Source of the DNA: Actinomycetes bacterium
Lineage (GTDB): Bacteria; Actinomycetota; Thermoleophilia; BMS3ABIN01
Direction of reading: 5' to 3'
DNA length: 64,000 nt
Assembly: GCA_021790115.1 (NCBI GenBank)
Contig: JAJYIM010000003.1
Location: forward strand, 16,602-80,601
Positions 27,731 to 37,011 of the stretch are shown here, in pieces. The translations under genes were made by a program, and so were the position numbers. Positions within the stretch are counted from its first letter, which is position 1. The number at the start of each line of letters is the position of its first letter. Below the pieces are notes generated by a model, which ran no database searches, was not told the DNA's origin, and saw nothing but the letters and a program-made list of their open reading frames with translations.

Positions 27731-29473
27731 TCAAAAATCCAGCTTCACGTTTCGAACGATCTCTTCCACCCGCGCCAGCCCTTCTTTCGGGTCGCCGCCC
27801 AAATGCACCCGCATCACCTTTCTGCCATGGCGGCGCAGAGCCATGAAGTCGCCGAGCGCCTGCGCCTGCTTAAAGACGCTAAATCCGTAGGCCGCGCCGG
27901 GAATCAGGGCGTCCTCGGCGTCATCGCAGGTAAGCTGCAAAAACAGGCCGCCGGCCGGACCGCCTTTGTGAAACTGGCCCGTTGAGTGCAGGAACCTGGG
28001 GCCAAAACCCACAGTCACCGCCAGGTGCAGCCTGTCCCGGAGGGCGGCCTGCAGCCGGGCCAGAACGTGCGCAGTGGCCTTATCTTCAGCCAGATAAGCC
28101 ATCAAGGCCAGGTAGCCACCAGGCCGCCCTTCACTTAAAAAAGAACCGATAGCCTCGGCAACCGTGACAACCGGCGGCTTAAAGCTCTCGTAGTAGACGC
28201 CGAGCGGCGCCTCCACCAAAAGCGGGGTCTCCGGCGGCAGTTCTCCGGTTTTTGCCACCTGGTCCAGCAGGCGGTTGGTATTGTCCTTGCTTTCCTGAAC
28301 ATTGGGCTGATCAAACGGATTGACGCCCAAGACAATGCCGGCAACGGCGGTGGCTGCCTCCCAGCGGAAAAACTCCTGCCCCAGCTGATATGGCTCATCA
28401 ATCCTGATCGTCACAACCGGCTGGCCGGCGGCTTTTAGCTTGTCCACGGCCGCTTCCAGGGCGGGGTCACCGCCTGCCCAAAGATAAACAAACAGCCGGT
28501 CAGTGCCGTAAACACCGGGGGAGCCGACCGCCTCGCCGGCCACCGGCAGCAGGCCTCTGCCTTTTTTCCCAGTGCTTTCCGCCAGCAACTGCTCCAGCCA
28601 CATGCCCAAGGGAGCGATTGACTCTGCCGACAGAAACGTCACCTTATCCCGACCCTGAAGCGCCAGCTCGCCAAGAGCCGCCCCCAGCACCAGGCCGGGA
28701 TTTGCCTGGACCGGGACTTCCGCGGCGCAGGCGCGCTGCATGCCAAGCGCCTGCTTAAGCAACGCTTCCGTGTCCGCGCCCGCCAAGGCGGCTGGCACGA
28801 GGCCGAAGAACGACAGGGCCGAATAGCGCCCGCCAATGTCGGGAAAATTTAAGAAGACGTGGCGAAAATCCCTGCCGGCGGCCGATTGGGCCAGCGGGGA
28901 TCCAGGGTCGGTGATGGCGATAAAATTTTCTCCTGCCCGCCCGCCCTTTGCCTCTGAGACCCGCCGGAAAAAATATTCTGCAAAAGCCCGCGGCTCGGCC
29001 GTGGTGCCGGATTTGCTGGCAACGATAAAGATGGTCTCCGTCAGCGGGGCTTCCTTTTCTATCTTTAGAATAGTCGCCGAATCTGTCGTATCCAGCACCG
29101 TCAGCGGCAGCCCCTGGTTTTTCCCGGGAAGAATTTTGGCCATCACCAGCGGCGCCAGGCTGCTTCCTCCCATGCCCATGTGAACCACACGGCGAAAGCC
29201 GGCAGCCAGTACTTCCTGCCTCAGTTTTAAAAGCAAATCCTGGTTGGCCGCCATGGTTGCAGCGGCGTCAAGCCAGCCGAGGGAATCTCCAACCTGACTG
29301 TGCTCTTTGGCGTTCCCGCTCCACAGCGAGGCATCCTTGCGCCAAAGCCGCCCGCCAATATCTGCGTCTTTAAAGCCGTCCAGCCGGACCTCAACCGCCT
29401 GGCGGTACGAGCCCAGATCAAGCGTCTGCCGGCCGGCCACTTTCACAACCGCATCATTTTCTTTCTTTACCAT
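27731..29473 (-). CDS. pgi: glucose-6-phosphate isomerase
   Basis: 580 aa. C-terminal PGI signature ...VGFGPRFLHSTGQFHKGGP... and sugar-isomerase (SIS) domains. Confidence 0.75.
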   Translation of the reverse strand: MVKKENDAVVKVAGRQTLDLGSYRQAVEVRLDGFKDADIGGRLWRKDASLWSGNAKEHSQVGDSLGWLDAAATMAANQDLLLKLRQEVLAAGFRRVVHMGMGGSSLAPLVMAKILPGKNQGLPLTVLDTTDSATILKIEKEAPLTETIFIVASKSGTTAEPRAFAEYFFRRVSEAKGGRAGENFIAITDPGSPLAQSAAGRDFRHVFLNFPDIGGRYSALSFFGLVPAALAGADTEALLKQALGMQRACAAEVPVQANPGLVLGAALGELALQGRDKVTFLSAESIAPLGMWLEQLLAESTGKKGRGLLPVAGEAVGSPGVYGTDRLFVYLWAGGDPALEAAVDKLKAAGQPVVTIRIDEPYQLGQEFFRWEAATAVAGIVLGVNPFDQPNVQESKDNTNRLLDQVAKTGELPPETPLLVEAPLGVYYESFKPPVVTVAEAIGSFLSEGRPGGYLALMAYLAEDKATAHVLARLQAALRDRLHLAVTVGFGPRFLHSTGQFHKGGPAGGLFLQLTCDDAEDALIPGAAYGFSVFKQAQALGDFMALRRHGRKVMRVHLGGDPKEGLARVEEIVRNVKLDF

Positions 29474-29825
29474 GCCGGCGCTCCGGTGATGTTCGCGATG
29501 CGCCCGTCATGACTTTTTTGATAATATGTAGTGTTGTGTCATAATGTTTTTAATCAGTTTACGTACTTTGCCAAATTTAGGCAAGCGCACGGTGTGCTCA
29601 AAAAGAACACGTTGAAAAGACTTTCCCCGGCAGGCAGAAACAAAAACCTGCAGGCCGATGAGCGTAAGTTGATATCAATCCTATATTTAATATATCGCCG
29701 CCGCTCCCCGCCGTTTGCTTCCAGGTCGCCGATCCCTTCTTGCTGTGATATCTTAGAATTCACCGTAGAGTCTGTCCCGACCTCCGGAGGCTGCCCTGGT
29801 TACCACTGCTAATGCTCTTACCTGC
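29474..29825. promoter_or_regulatory. 352-bp AT-rich divergent intergenic region between pgi (-) and the CDP-alcohol phosphatidyltransferase gene (+)
   Basis: Local GC ~45% versus ~64% for the window. Several short hairpins (TTGCCAAATTTAGGCAA; GGCAGGCAG...CCTGCAGGCC). No convincing ORF. Confidence 0.4.
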
Positions 29826-30401
29826 TTGCGCATTCTTGCCATGCCGGCAATTTTCCTGCTTGTGCTGCTTTCCGGCGGAGCCAGCAACATTGCGATGGCA
29901 ATTTTTCTGGCGGCGGCCCTAACAGACTTCCTCGATGGCCGCCTGGCGCGGCTAACCGGCACCGTCACCGAGCTGGGCAAATCACTCGATCCCGTAGCTG
30001 ACCGGATTTTTGTCGGCGGCACAATTATCGCCCTGACGGTTTCCGGCAGATTGCCGGTTCCCGGCATGGCTTTAATCGCTGTCCGGGATATCTCCATGAT
30101 TGTTGGGTATAAACTGTTCAAGCGCCGCGGCGTCATCATCAGGGTATCCAGACTGGGTAAGACTTACACGGCCGTGTTGATGCTCGCGGTGACGATGGCT
30201 CTGGCCGACATCGGCCCCGGGCGCTGGCATGCGGCTGTTTTCGGGATCTGGCCCTGGCTGTTTTGGGCCGGCGTTGGCGGCTCTTTGTTAACGGGCGCCG
30301 CCTATCTGTCAAAGGCATTTAAGAGCCTGCCCCGGCGGGCTGCTCGCGACGAGGTGGCGGCAAGCTTGGGCAAACGGCAGGAGAAAAGCCGGGGCGGTTG
30401 A
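29826..30401 (+). CDS. CDP-alcohol phosphatidyltransferase family protein (candidate eukaryote-like cardiolipin synthase / PgsA-like)
   Basis: CAP motif D-x2-DG-x2-AR-x8-G-x3-D-x3-D: ALTDFLDGRLARLTGTVTELGKSLDPVADR. 191 aa, ~5 TM. Confidence 0.8.
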   Translation: MRILAMPAIFLLVLLSGGASNIAMAIFLAAALTDFLDGRLARLTGTVTELGKSLDPVADRIFVGGTIIALTVSGRLPVPGMALIAVRDISMIVGYKLFKRRGVIIRVSRLGKTYTAVLMLAVTMALADIGPGRWHAAVFGIWPWLFWAGVGGSLLTGAAYLSKAFKSLPRRAARDEVAASLGKRQEKSRGG

Positions 30402-30443
30402 TTTTCAACCCGGCGAGCCAGGCTGTCAGCCCCGGGAATTTGT

Positions 30444-30471
30444 TTTCAACTGCAAGGGGTTGCAATATAAT
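30444..30471 (+). promoter_or_regulatory. candidate sigma70-like promoter (TTTCAA-16-TATAAT) for the nucleotidyltransferase/PMM-like gene
   Basis: TTTCAA at 30444-30449 and TATAAT at 30466-30471, ~135 nt upstream of the ATG at 30606. Confidence 0.35.
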
Positions 30472-30605
30472 TAATCTCCTGAAGCCGGGCTTAAGATGGA
30501 ACCCATTGCGATAGGCTGCTTGGAGCAAGGCCGAGCGCGAAAAAGCTTTGCCGTCCTCTGTGGCAGAAATACCTATCGAGACAGGCTCACCAAGGAAAGG
30601 ATTAA

Positions 30606-33119
30606 ATGAAGGCGGTAGTGATGGCCGGGGGAGAGGGCACGAGGCTGCGGCCGCTCACCAGCAACCAGCCCAAGCCCATGGTCCCCATCGTGAATAAGCC
30701 GTGCATGGAGCACATCATCGAGTTGTTGAAGCAGCACGGCCTCAACGACATCGTTGTCACCGTTGCCTTCCTACCTCAAAGCGTGCGCGCCTATTTCGGC
30801 GACGGCACTTCTCTGGGCGTCTCCATTGCATATTCCGTGGAGGAAAGCCCCCTTGGGACAGCAGGCAGTGTCCGCAACGCCGCCGAGCACCTTGACGAGA
30901 CTTTTATCGTCATCAGCGGCGACGCCCTCACGGACTTCAATCTTGGCGAGATCATAAATTTTCATAACAGCAAGCAGTCACTGATCACGATCGCCCTGAA
31001 ATCCGTTGAGAATCCGCTTGAGTTTGGCGTTGTTATCATCGATGACGAGAACCAGATCAAACAATTCCTGGAAAAACCCAGTTGGGGCCAGGTTTTTAGC
31101 GATTATGTCAACACCGGCATTTACGTCCTTGAACCGGAGATCTTTGATTATATTCCCGAGGGCGAAAAATATGATTTCAGCCAGCAGTTTTTCCCCAAGA
31201 TGCTGGAGCGGGGCAAGCCAATGTTCGGCTACCCTTGCGACGGCTACTGGCAGGACATCGGTAACGTCAACCAGTACCTGAGGGCAAACCACGACGCGCT
31301 CGACGGCAAAGCGAAATTAAACATCCCCGGAATCAGGCTGCAGGAAAATATTTATATCGGCGAGAAGCTGAATCTTGACAGCCTTGACAACATCCGCGGC
31401 CCGGCACTGATCGGCAATTACGCCAAAATCGATCCGGAAGCGAAGATACAGCCCTATTCCATTTTTGGCAACAACGTCGTTGTCAAGGACAATGCCGAGA
31501 CAGATCATTGCGTCGTTGATTCCAATACCTATATCGGCTCAGGCGCCAAGATAAGCGGCTCCCTCATCGGCAAGAACTGTGAAATCAAGCCAAGCGCCAC
31601 CATTCATGCCAACGCCGCCATCGGCGATGAATGCAGTATTGGCGAGCACAGCATGATTGCCAGCAATGTCAAGATTTATCCCTTCAAGGTGATTGAAGCC
31701 GGCGCCCACGTCTACAGCAGCATTATCTGGGAGTGGCGGGCGCTGAGCACGCTGTTTGGCAAGGATGGCGTTTCCGGCCTGGTGAATGTTGACATCACCA
31801 CGGAGCTGGCGCTGAAGCTGGGTATGGCGTATGGAACAGCTCTTGATAAAGGCGCTCAGGTGACCTGCAGCCGGGATGAGCATCCGGCTTCCCGCATGAT
31901 CAAGCGGGCGATCATCGCGGGGCTTACTTCGACGGGGGTGGGGGTGCGGGACCTCAGGGTAACGCCGGCCGCGGTCAACCGCTTCAGCCTAAAAAGCGGC
32001 CGCGCCGCCGGCGGCATTCATGTGCGGGCGTCAGCCTGGCATCCCGAGCTAATGCAGATCCTCTTCTTCGAGCCGCCGGGAAGTCCAATCTCGCAGGCAA
32101 CCGAGCGCGAGATAGAAAAGTATTACAATCAACATAATTACCGCCGCGCATTTTACTCTGAGATTGGCCAGATTGTCTACCCGGCCCGCTCCACGGAGGA
32201 ATACATCCAGGGCCTGCTCTCCAGTTGGGACACGGACAAGATCCGCTCCCGCGGCTTTCGTTTTTTGCTCGATTACAGTTTCAGCTCCGCCTCGCTGATC
32301 GCCAGCCGCATGCTTTCCAGGCTGGGGGCAGAGATTATCGCCCTGAACGCCTTCCTGGATGAAGATAAAAGTTCAACCATATCATCACGGTATGAGGCCA
32401 GCTCTGGACGCATGCAGAAGCTGGTTCTCTCGGCTGGCGCCGACATGGGAATTACAATCGACAATGCGGCCGAGAAAATATTTCTTGTGGATGAGCATGG
32501 CGCTGAGATATCAACTGAAAAAACCCTGTTCTTGCTGCTCAGGTTGATTGCCGCTTCAGAAGGCAGGGGAAAAATTGCGGTGCCGCTAACAGTGTCACGG
32601 CTGGCCGAGGACCTGGTGGAGGGGACAGGCTGCGAAATACTGAGGACCAAAGTGTCCCAGGCGGCTTTAACCGAGGCGGCTTCCCGGCAGGACGTTATCT
32701 TTGCCGGCGCCATCGGTGGCGATTACATCTTTCCCAGGTTTCTGCCGGCGCAAGACGCGCTGATGAGCATGGGCAAGGTGCTGGAGCTGCTGGCGCTTTC
32801 AGAAAAACCGCTGTCGCAGCTGGTGGCGGATATCCCCGGCACAACCCTGCTGCATGAAACAAAAAGCTGCCCCTGGTCGCTTAAGGGCGCCGCCATGCGG
32901 GAAATTTCTGAAAGCGTTCTGGATGAAGAAAACGTGGACAGGCTGGATGGCGTCAAGGTTTTTTATGACGAGGGCTGGGTGCAGATATTGCCGTCTCCCG
33001 ATGAGCCCCTGTTTGAGATTTTTGCGGAAGGGGACACAGTCGACGATTCCCGTGAGCTGCTGGAGCGTTTTTCAGCCAAGCTCGACGAGGTGATGGCGGC
33101 GCACGAGCAGGAAGTCTAG
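30606..33119 (+). CDS. sugar-phosphate nucleotidyltransferase (GlmU/ManC-like) - left-handed beta-helix - phosphohexomutase(PGM/PMM)-like fusion protein
   Basis: N-terminus [27 protein letters not shown] (NTP-transferase G-loop), hexapeptide-repeat segment (~res 250-380), C-terminal 4-domain phosphohexomutase fold. PMM catalytic motifs look degenerate: TASHNP -> RASAWHP, DGDGDR -> DNAAEK, RPSGTEP -> LPSPDEP. Confidence 0.75.
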   Translation: MKAVVMAGGEGTRLRPLTSNQPKPMVPIVNKPCMEHIIELLKQHGLNDIVVTVAFLPQSVRAYFGDGTSLGVSIAYSVEESPLGTAGSVRNAAEHLDETFIVISGDALTDFNLGEIINFHNSKQSLITIALKSVENPLEFGVVIIDDENQIKQFLEKPSWGQVFSDYVNTGIYVLEPEIFDYIPEGEKYDFSQQFFPKMLERGKPMFGYPCDGYWQDIGNVNQYLRANHDALDGKAKLNIPGIRLQENIYIGEKLNLDSLDNIRGPALIGNYAKIDPEAKIQPYSIFGNNVVVKDNAETDHCVVDSNTYIGSGAKISGSLIGKNCEIKPSATIHANAAIGDECSIGEHSMIASNVKIYPFKVIEAGAHVYSSIIWEWRALSTLFGKDGVSGLVNVDITTELALKLGMAYGTALDKGAQVTCSRDEHPASRMIKRAIIAGLTSTGVGVRDLRVTPAAVNRFSLKSGRAAGGIHVRASAWHPELMQILFFEPPGSPISQATEREIEKYYNQHNYRRAFYSEIGQIVYPARSTEEYIQGLLSSWDTDKIRSRGFRFLLDYSFSSASLIASRMLSRLGAEIIALNAFLDEDKSSTISSRYEASSGRMQKLVLSAGADMGITIDNAAEKIFLVDEHGAEISTEKTLFLLLRLIAASEGRGKIAVPLTVSRLAEDLVEGTGCEILRTKVSQAALTEAASRQDVIFAGAIGGDYIFPRFLPAQDALMSMGKVLELLALSEKPLSQLVADIPGTTLLHETKSCPWSLKGAAMREISESVLDEENVDRLDGVKVFYDEGWVQILPSPDEPLFEIFAEGDTVDDSRELLERFSAKLDEVMAAHEQEV

Positions 33120-33141
33120 CTTCTCGCATTCCGCATCAGGA

Positions 33142-33756
33142 TTAGGACTGTTCTGCGCAGCTAGGCGCCGCCTGCTCTTCCGAGGTTCTGGCAATCACCT
33201 GTTTGCTTATACTTCTTAACGCTTCAAACACTCCTTCACCGGTAAGGGCGCAGGACTCTACCGACGGCGAGCCGGTCTGGTTAAGCAGTTCGTTCAGGTC
33301 CTGGACACGGAAGATATCGGTCAGGTCCCGCTTGTTGTACTGCATCACCAGCCCCAGATCAAGGGGGCTGTCACCCTGGTCTGCGAGATTGTCCCACATG
33401 TTGAGGTACGCTTCCACGTTGTCGTCGAGCCGGTCCAACTGGGAGTCAACCACGAAGACGATGCCGTCAACGCCCTGGATTACCAGCTTGCGGCTGGCGT
33501 TATATTGCGGCTGCCCGGGCACGGTGTACAAATGGAATCTGGTTTTCAGGCCCCGGACCTTATCCAGTGTCAGCGGCAAAAAATCAAAGTAGAGGGTTCT
33601 TTCTTCCTCCGTGGCAATGGAGACGAGCTTGCCTTTCACCTGCGGCGTGATCTTCCTGTAGACGTACTGGATACTCGTGGTTTTGCCGCCGAGGGCGCAG
33701 CCGTAATAGACAATCTTGTAATTGATCTCACCTGCTGCCAGATTAATCAGCGCCAC
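33142..33756 (-). CDS. mglA: MglA-family Ras-like small GTPase
   Basis: MALINLAAGEINYKIVYYGCALGGKTTSIQYVY...TRFHLYTVPGQPQYNASRKLVIQGVDGIVFVVDSQ...QYNKRDL. Very close in pattern to Myxococcus/Thermus MglA (P-loop, Thr switch I, PGQ switch II, NKxD). Start overlaps the upstream roadblock gene. Confidence 0.85.
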   Translation of the reverse strand: MALINLAAGEINYKIVYYGCALGGKTTSIQYVYRKITPQVKGKLVSIATEEERTLYFDFLPLTLDKVRGLKTRFHLYTVPGQPQYNASRKLVIQGVDGIVFVVDSQLDRLDDNVEAYLNMWDNLADQGDSPLDLGLVMQYNKRDLTDIFRVQDLNELLNQTGSPSVESCALTGEGVFEALRSISKQVIARTSEEQAAPSCAEQS

Positions 33757-34300
33757 GGCGTTCTCCTTGGGCGTTAAAAAGTTCGTCGATGGCCTGCCTG
33801 ATCCCTTCGGCGCAGCCCGGCTCCTCGTCCATGCTGCCGGGCTTGTCTGGCAGCATATTGAGGGCCTCGCAAAGGGAGCGGGCCGCCCTTGCGGCTAGCA
33901 GGCGCACCTTGCCTAGTTCTGTGACCCTGCCAAAGCATATCACCAGCAGAACATCCCCGGTAACCTGTTCAATATATACCTTGATTCTGCTTCCTTCCTG
34001 GAACATGACGCTAAAATCGTAGTCGTCCATCATCTGCGTCAGCTGGCGCGTTGCGGCAAATGAACCGGAAGCAAGTGAAGCCAGCGAGTCAATATCGCCC
34101 TTAAACCCCGCAGCAGAGTAATACATTATGGTCTGGCCACTGGTTGTGATCAGGCCCAGAAACTGCGCCAGCAGCTCTTCGCTCAGCTGCCGGAGAACGC
34201 GGTCGGCGGCTTCCAGCTGGGACTTTAAGACTGTTTGGTTTCTGCTCAAAAAATAGCTCCCCAAATTTCGCCTCAAGCGGCGCGGGTTTCCTTTTTGCAA
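33743..34300 (-). CDS. mglB: MglB-like roadblock/LC7-domain protein (GTPase-activating partner of MglA)
   Basis: Roadblock/LC7 fold pattern ...LGLITTSGQTIMYYSAAG...SRIKVYIEQVTGDVLLVICFG... Sits immediately upstream of mglA with a 14-nt overlap (classical mglBA order). TTG start. Confidence 0.7.
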   Translation of the reverse strand: MQKGNPRRLRRNLGSYFLSRNQTVLKSQLEAADRVLRQLSEELLAQFLGLITTSGQTIMYYSAAGFKGDIDSLASLASGSFAATRQLTQMMDDYDFSVMFQEGSRIKVYIEQVTGDVLLVICFGRVTELGKVRLLAARAARSLCEALNMLPDKPGSMDEEPGCAEGIRQAIDELFNAQGERRGAD

Positions 34301-34479
34301 ACGAGGCGCAAAACGACGGGGGGAAATATTTTTTCTCTTTGCCGCCGGCCCGGTTGCTTGCCTTCATTACTGCTATCGGCAATGATGCCGGCCGTCCCTA
34401 GTTCCTCTAAGGGTAAAGTTGAACCTTTGCCCGTGGGAGAATATAATGACATTAAAGTCTGCTGACCCGGGAGGTCAAG

Positions 34480-34749
34480 TTGGTTAATCTACCAGAACTT
34501 TCGAGCCTGTCCGACCAGGACCTTAAAAAAATGATCCATGAGCTCGCTTCCCAGGAACAAGAGCTAAGTTACCAGCGCCGCATTTTACATGGCAAGATCG
34601 ATATTCTCAGGGCCGAGCTGGTTCAAAGGCTTTCCCGGAAAAGGGGAGAGGGGGAATCCTTGATAAACGACGACGATGTGACGATGCTTAGTGAGATTCT
34701 CTCCCGCAGGGAACCTTTTCCCATGGGCGGCACGCCCAGCGGCAAATAA
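34480..34749 (+). CDS. hypothetical small coiled-coil protein (89 aa)
   Basis: TTG start with a GGGAGG RBS 5 nt upstream. Heptad-rich LSDQDLKKMIHELASQEQELSYQRRILHGKIDILRAELVQRL. Divergent from mglBA. Confidence 0.5.
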   Translation: MVNLPELSSLSDQDLKKMIHELASQEQELSYQRRILHGKIDILRAELVQRLSRKRGEGESLINDDDVTMLSEILSRREPFPMGGTPSGK

Positions 34750-34926
34750 CGCCGCTGACCGCAGCCGGTGGTTCGCAAAAAGGCGGCGGCACTATGCCGG
34801 GCTTTGAGATAGGCTCCAGGATCCATACCACTAAGAATCTGTCTCGAAAGGTTGTTCGCAGCGAGGCCGGCCGCAGCAGAATATATGCCTTTTGAGATAG
34901 ATTCTAAAGAGAAAAGGGGAGTTGCT

Positions 34927-35181
34927 GTGCCCGACCGAGTTATCCCGGCAATTGAGAGGCTTTTTAAGGACCTTGGCGTTGAAGTAGTCGAAGAAAGGGT
35001 CCTTCATTTTGTCATCCAGGAAATACATGACGGCAAAACACTGGCAGAGGCTCTGGAAGAGCCCTACGTAAAAAATAACACCACTGCCGCCTGGCGGCGC
35101 CAGGTGCTTGAGCGGCCCCAGCTGGTCAAGGCGGTCGAGGAAGAAATTCAGAAGTCATTTAAAGCGCGCGGCGGCGGGTAA
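34927..35181 (+). CDS. hypothetical small acidic protein (~84 aa from GTG; ORF open from 34852)
   Basis: AAAGGGGAG RBS 7 nt before the GTG. VPDRVIPAIERLFKDLGVEVVEERVLHFVIQEIHDGKTLAEALEE... Precedes the FHA gene by 5 nt. Confidence 0.4.
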   Translation: MPDRVIPAIERLFKDLGVEVVEERVLHFVIQEIHDGKTLAEALEEPYVKNNTTAAWRRQVLERPQLVKAVEEEIQKSFKARGGG

Positions 35182-35186
35182 GATTC

Positions 35187-35654
35187 ATGACCAGGGTCTA
35201 TTGTCAAGAATGCGGCTACCGGAACACAGCAGAGGGCAAGTACTGCAGCAAATGCGGGGCGCTGCTGCCGGAAGCAGACGCCGGCTCGGAAACGACGATC
35301 AGGTTCTCTCCCGAGGCAGATGAAGAGCCGGACACCGCCGAGGTCGGTGAAATCACCAGCGAGGGCGTTTCCCTGGTTGTCCGCAGCGGCGGCGGCATGG
35401 CCGGAGAAAGTTTTAGCCCACAGAAAGATGAAACCACTATCGGCCGCCATCCCGACAGCGATATTTTCCTCGATGACATTACCGTCTCGCGGAGGCATGC
35501 GCTGCTGATTCATAAAAGCGGCGGATACTTTATCCAGGACCGCGGCAGCCTGAACGGCACCTATGTCAACCGGGTGCGGGTCGAGACCCAGAAGCTTTCT
35601 GATGGCGACCAGCTTCAGATTGGAAAGTACAAGCTAACGTTTATCGAGCGATGA
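35187..35654 (+). CDS. zinc-ribbon + FHA-domain protein
   Basis: N-terminal CQECGYRN...CSKCG zinc ribbon. C-terminal FHA core TTIGRHPDSDIFLDDITVSRRHALL...GSLNGTYVNRVRV. 155 aa. Confidence 0.85.
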   Translation: MTRVYCQECGYRNTAEGKYCSKCGALLPEADAGSETTIRFSPEADEEPDTAEVGEITSEGVSLVVRSGGGMAGESFSPQKDETTIGRHPDSDIFLDDITVSRRHALLIHKSGGYFIQDRGSLNGTYVNRVRVETQKLSDGDQLQIGKYKLTFIER

Positions 35655-36370
35655 TCAGCCAGCAAGGCGGGAAGGGCGCGCCATCAAAACCCTTGACTAT
35701 CGGCGCTGTCGTCAATCTGCTAAAGCCCGACTTCAACAACGTTAGCATTAGCAAGATTCGCTACCTTGAAGACGAAAAACTGATATCACCCCGGCGGACG
35801 CCCGGAGGCTACCGCCTTTTTTCCAAGGCTGACATCGAGCGATTGCGCACGGTGCTCACCCTTCAACGCGATGAATTTCTGCCGCTCAAGGTTATCCGTC
35901 AGGAGCTTTCCCGGAAAGGAACGGTGGCCGTCCGGCCTGCCGGCACCCGCCGCTTTAAAAAAATCAGCCTGCAAACACCGGCTTCTGAATCCCGCTCCTA
36001 CACCCTCGATGAGGCCCTGGAAACAGCAGGAGCAGATGCCAAATTGGTCAGGGAGCTTGAGGATTATGGCCTGATTGCCGGCGTCTCGGAAGGCGGCGTC
36101 AAACACTACGATCAGACGGACGTGGAAGTAATGGCGGCTGCTTCGGATCTGGCCCGCTATGGCGTCGCTGCCAGGAATCTGCGCACACTCAAAAGCTCTG
36201 TTGACCGCGAATCTTCTTTGTTGTTACAAATACTTGCGCCGGCGCTGCACTCCCGGAATCCACAGGCGCGCAAACAGGCAATTGCGGCGCTGGAGAATTT
36301 GGCAACTGTCTCTTCCCACCTTAAGCACCTGCTGTTGATCAAAGACTTGCGGAATTTTACCTCCGGTTGA
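35651..36370 (+). CDS. MerR-family transcriptional regulator (FHA-associated, Rv1828-like)
   Basis: N-terminal MerR HTH LTIGAVVNLLKPDFNNVSISKIRYLEDEKLISPRRTPGGYRLFSKADIERL. Start overlaps the FHA gene stop. 239 aa. Confidence 0.8.
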   Translation: MISQQGGKGAPSKPLTIGAVVNLLKPDFNNVSISKIRYLEDEKLISPRRTPGGYRLFSKADIERLRTVLTLQRDEFLPLKVIRQELSRKGTVAVRPAGTRRFKKISLQTPASESRSYTLDEALETAGADAKLVRELEDYGLIAGVSEGGVKHYDQTDVEVMAAASDLARYGVAARNLRTLKSSVDRESSLLLQILAPALHSRNPQARKQAIAALENLATVSSHLKHLLLIKDLRNFTSG

Positions 36371-36419
36371 CTCATCCGCCACGCGCCCGAAGCACAAGGC
36401 TAAACAGAAAGGAGAACTA

Positions 36420-36935
36420 ATGGACCTTGCCGCCAGAATTCGCGACATACCCGATTTCCCCAAAAAAGGCATCATTTTTAAAGACATTACGCCGCTGCTT
36501 CAAGATGCGGAATCGCTCCGTTATGCCGTAGATCAGATGGCCGAGTTTGGAGTGGGGAGGAAGGTTGACATTGTCCTTGGGGCTGAGGCCAGGGGGTTTA
36601 TCCTGGGCGCGACGCTCGCTTACACGCTGGGGGCGGGTTTTGTGCCGGCCAGAAAGCCGGGAAAGCTGCCGTTCACCACAGTGGCCACGGAATACGAGCT
36701 GGAATACGGCACCGACAGCCTGGAAATTCACGAGGACGCCATCAGGCCCGGGAGCCGCGTGCTTGTACACGACGACCTGCTGGCCACCGGGGGCACCGCC
36801 AGGGCCAAATGCGACCTGGTCGAAAAGCTGGGCGGAGAAGTAGTGGGGCTCGCTTTCATCATCGAGCTTTCATTTCTGAGCGGCAGGGAAAAGCTGAAAG
36901 ACTACGACCTGCTCAGCCTGGTAAAAGTGGCGTAG
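36420..36935 (+). CDS. apt: adenine phosphoribosyltransferase
   Basis: PRPP-binding motif VLVHDDLLATGGTARA, full-length Apt similarity. 171 aa. Confidence 0.9.
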   Translation: MDLAARIRDIPDFPKKGIIFKDITPLLQDAESLRYAVDQMAEFGVGRKVDIVLGAEARGFILGATLAYTLGAGFVPARKPGKLPFTTVATEYELEYGTDSLEIHEDAIRPGSRVLVHDDLLATGGTARAKCDLVEKLGGEVVGLAFIIELSFLSGREKLKDYDLLSLVKVA

Positions 36936-36960
36936 GGGCGACCCGGCGGGTCGCCCCTAC
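36933..36960. terminator. perfect GC-rich palindrome GTAGGGGCGACCCGGCGGGTCGCCCCTAC between convergent apt and the RlpA-like gene
   Basis: 13-bp inverted repeat around a GGC centre. An inverted near-identical copy lies at 37368-37395 inside the downstream gene. Confidence 0.5.
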
Positions 36961-37011
36961 GCCCACTTGTCAAAAAGCATTTTTACCTGTGACATGATGT
37001 CCCCGGTAAAT

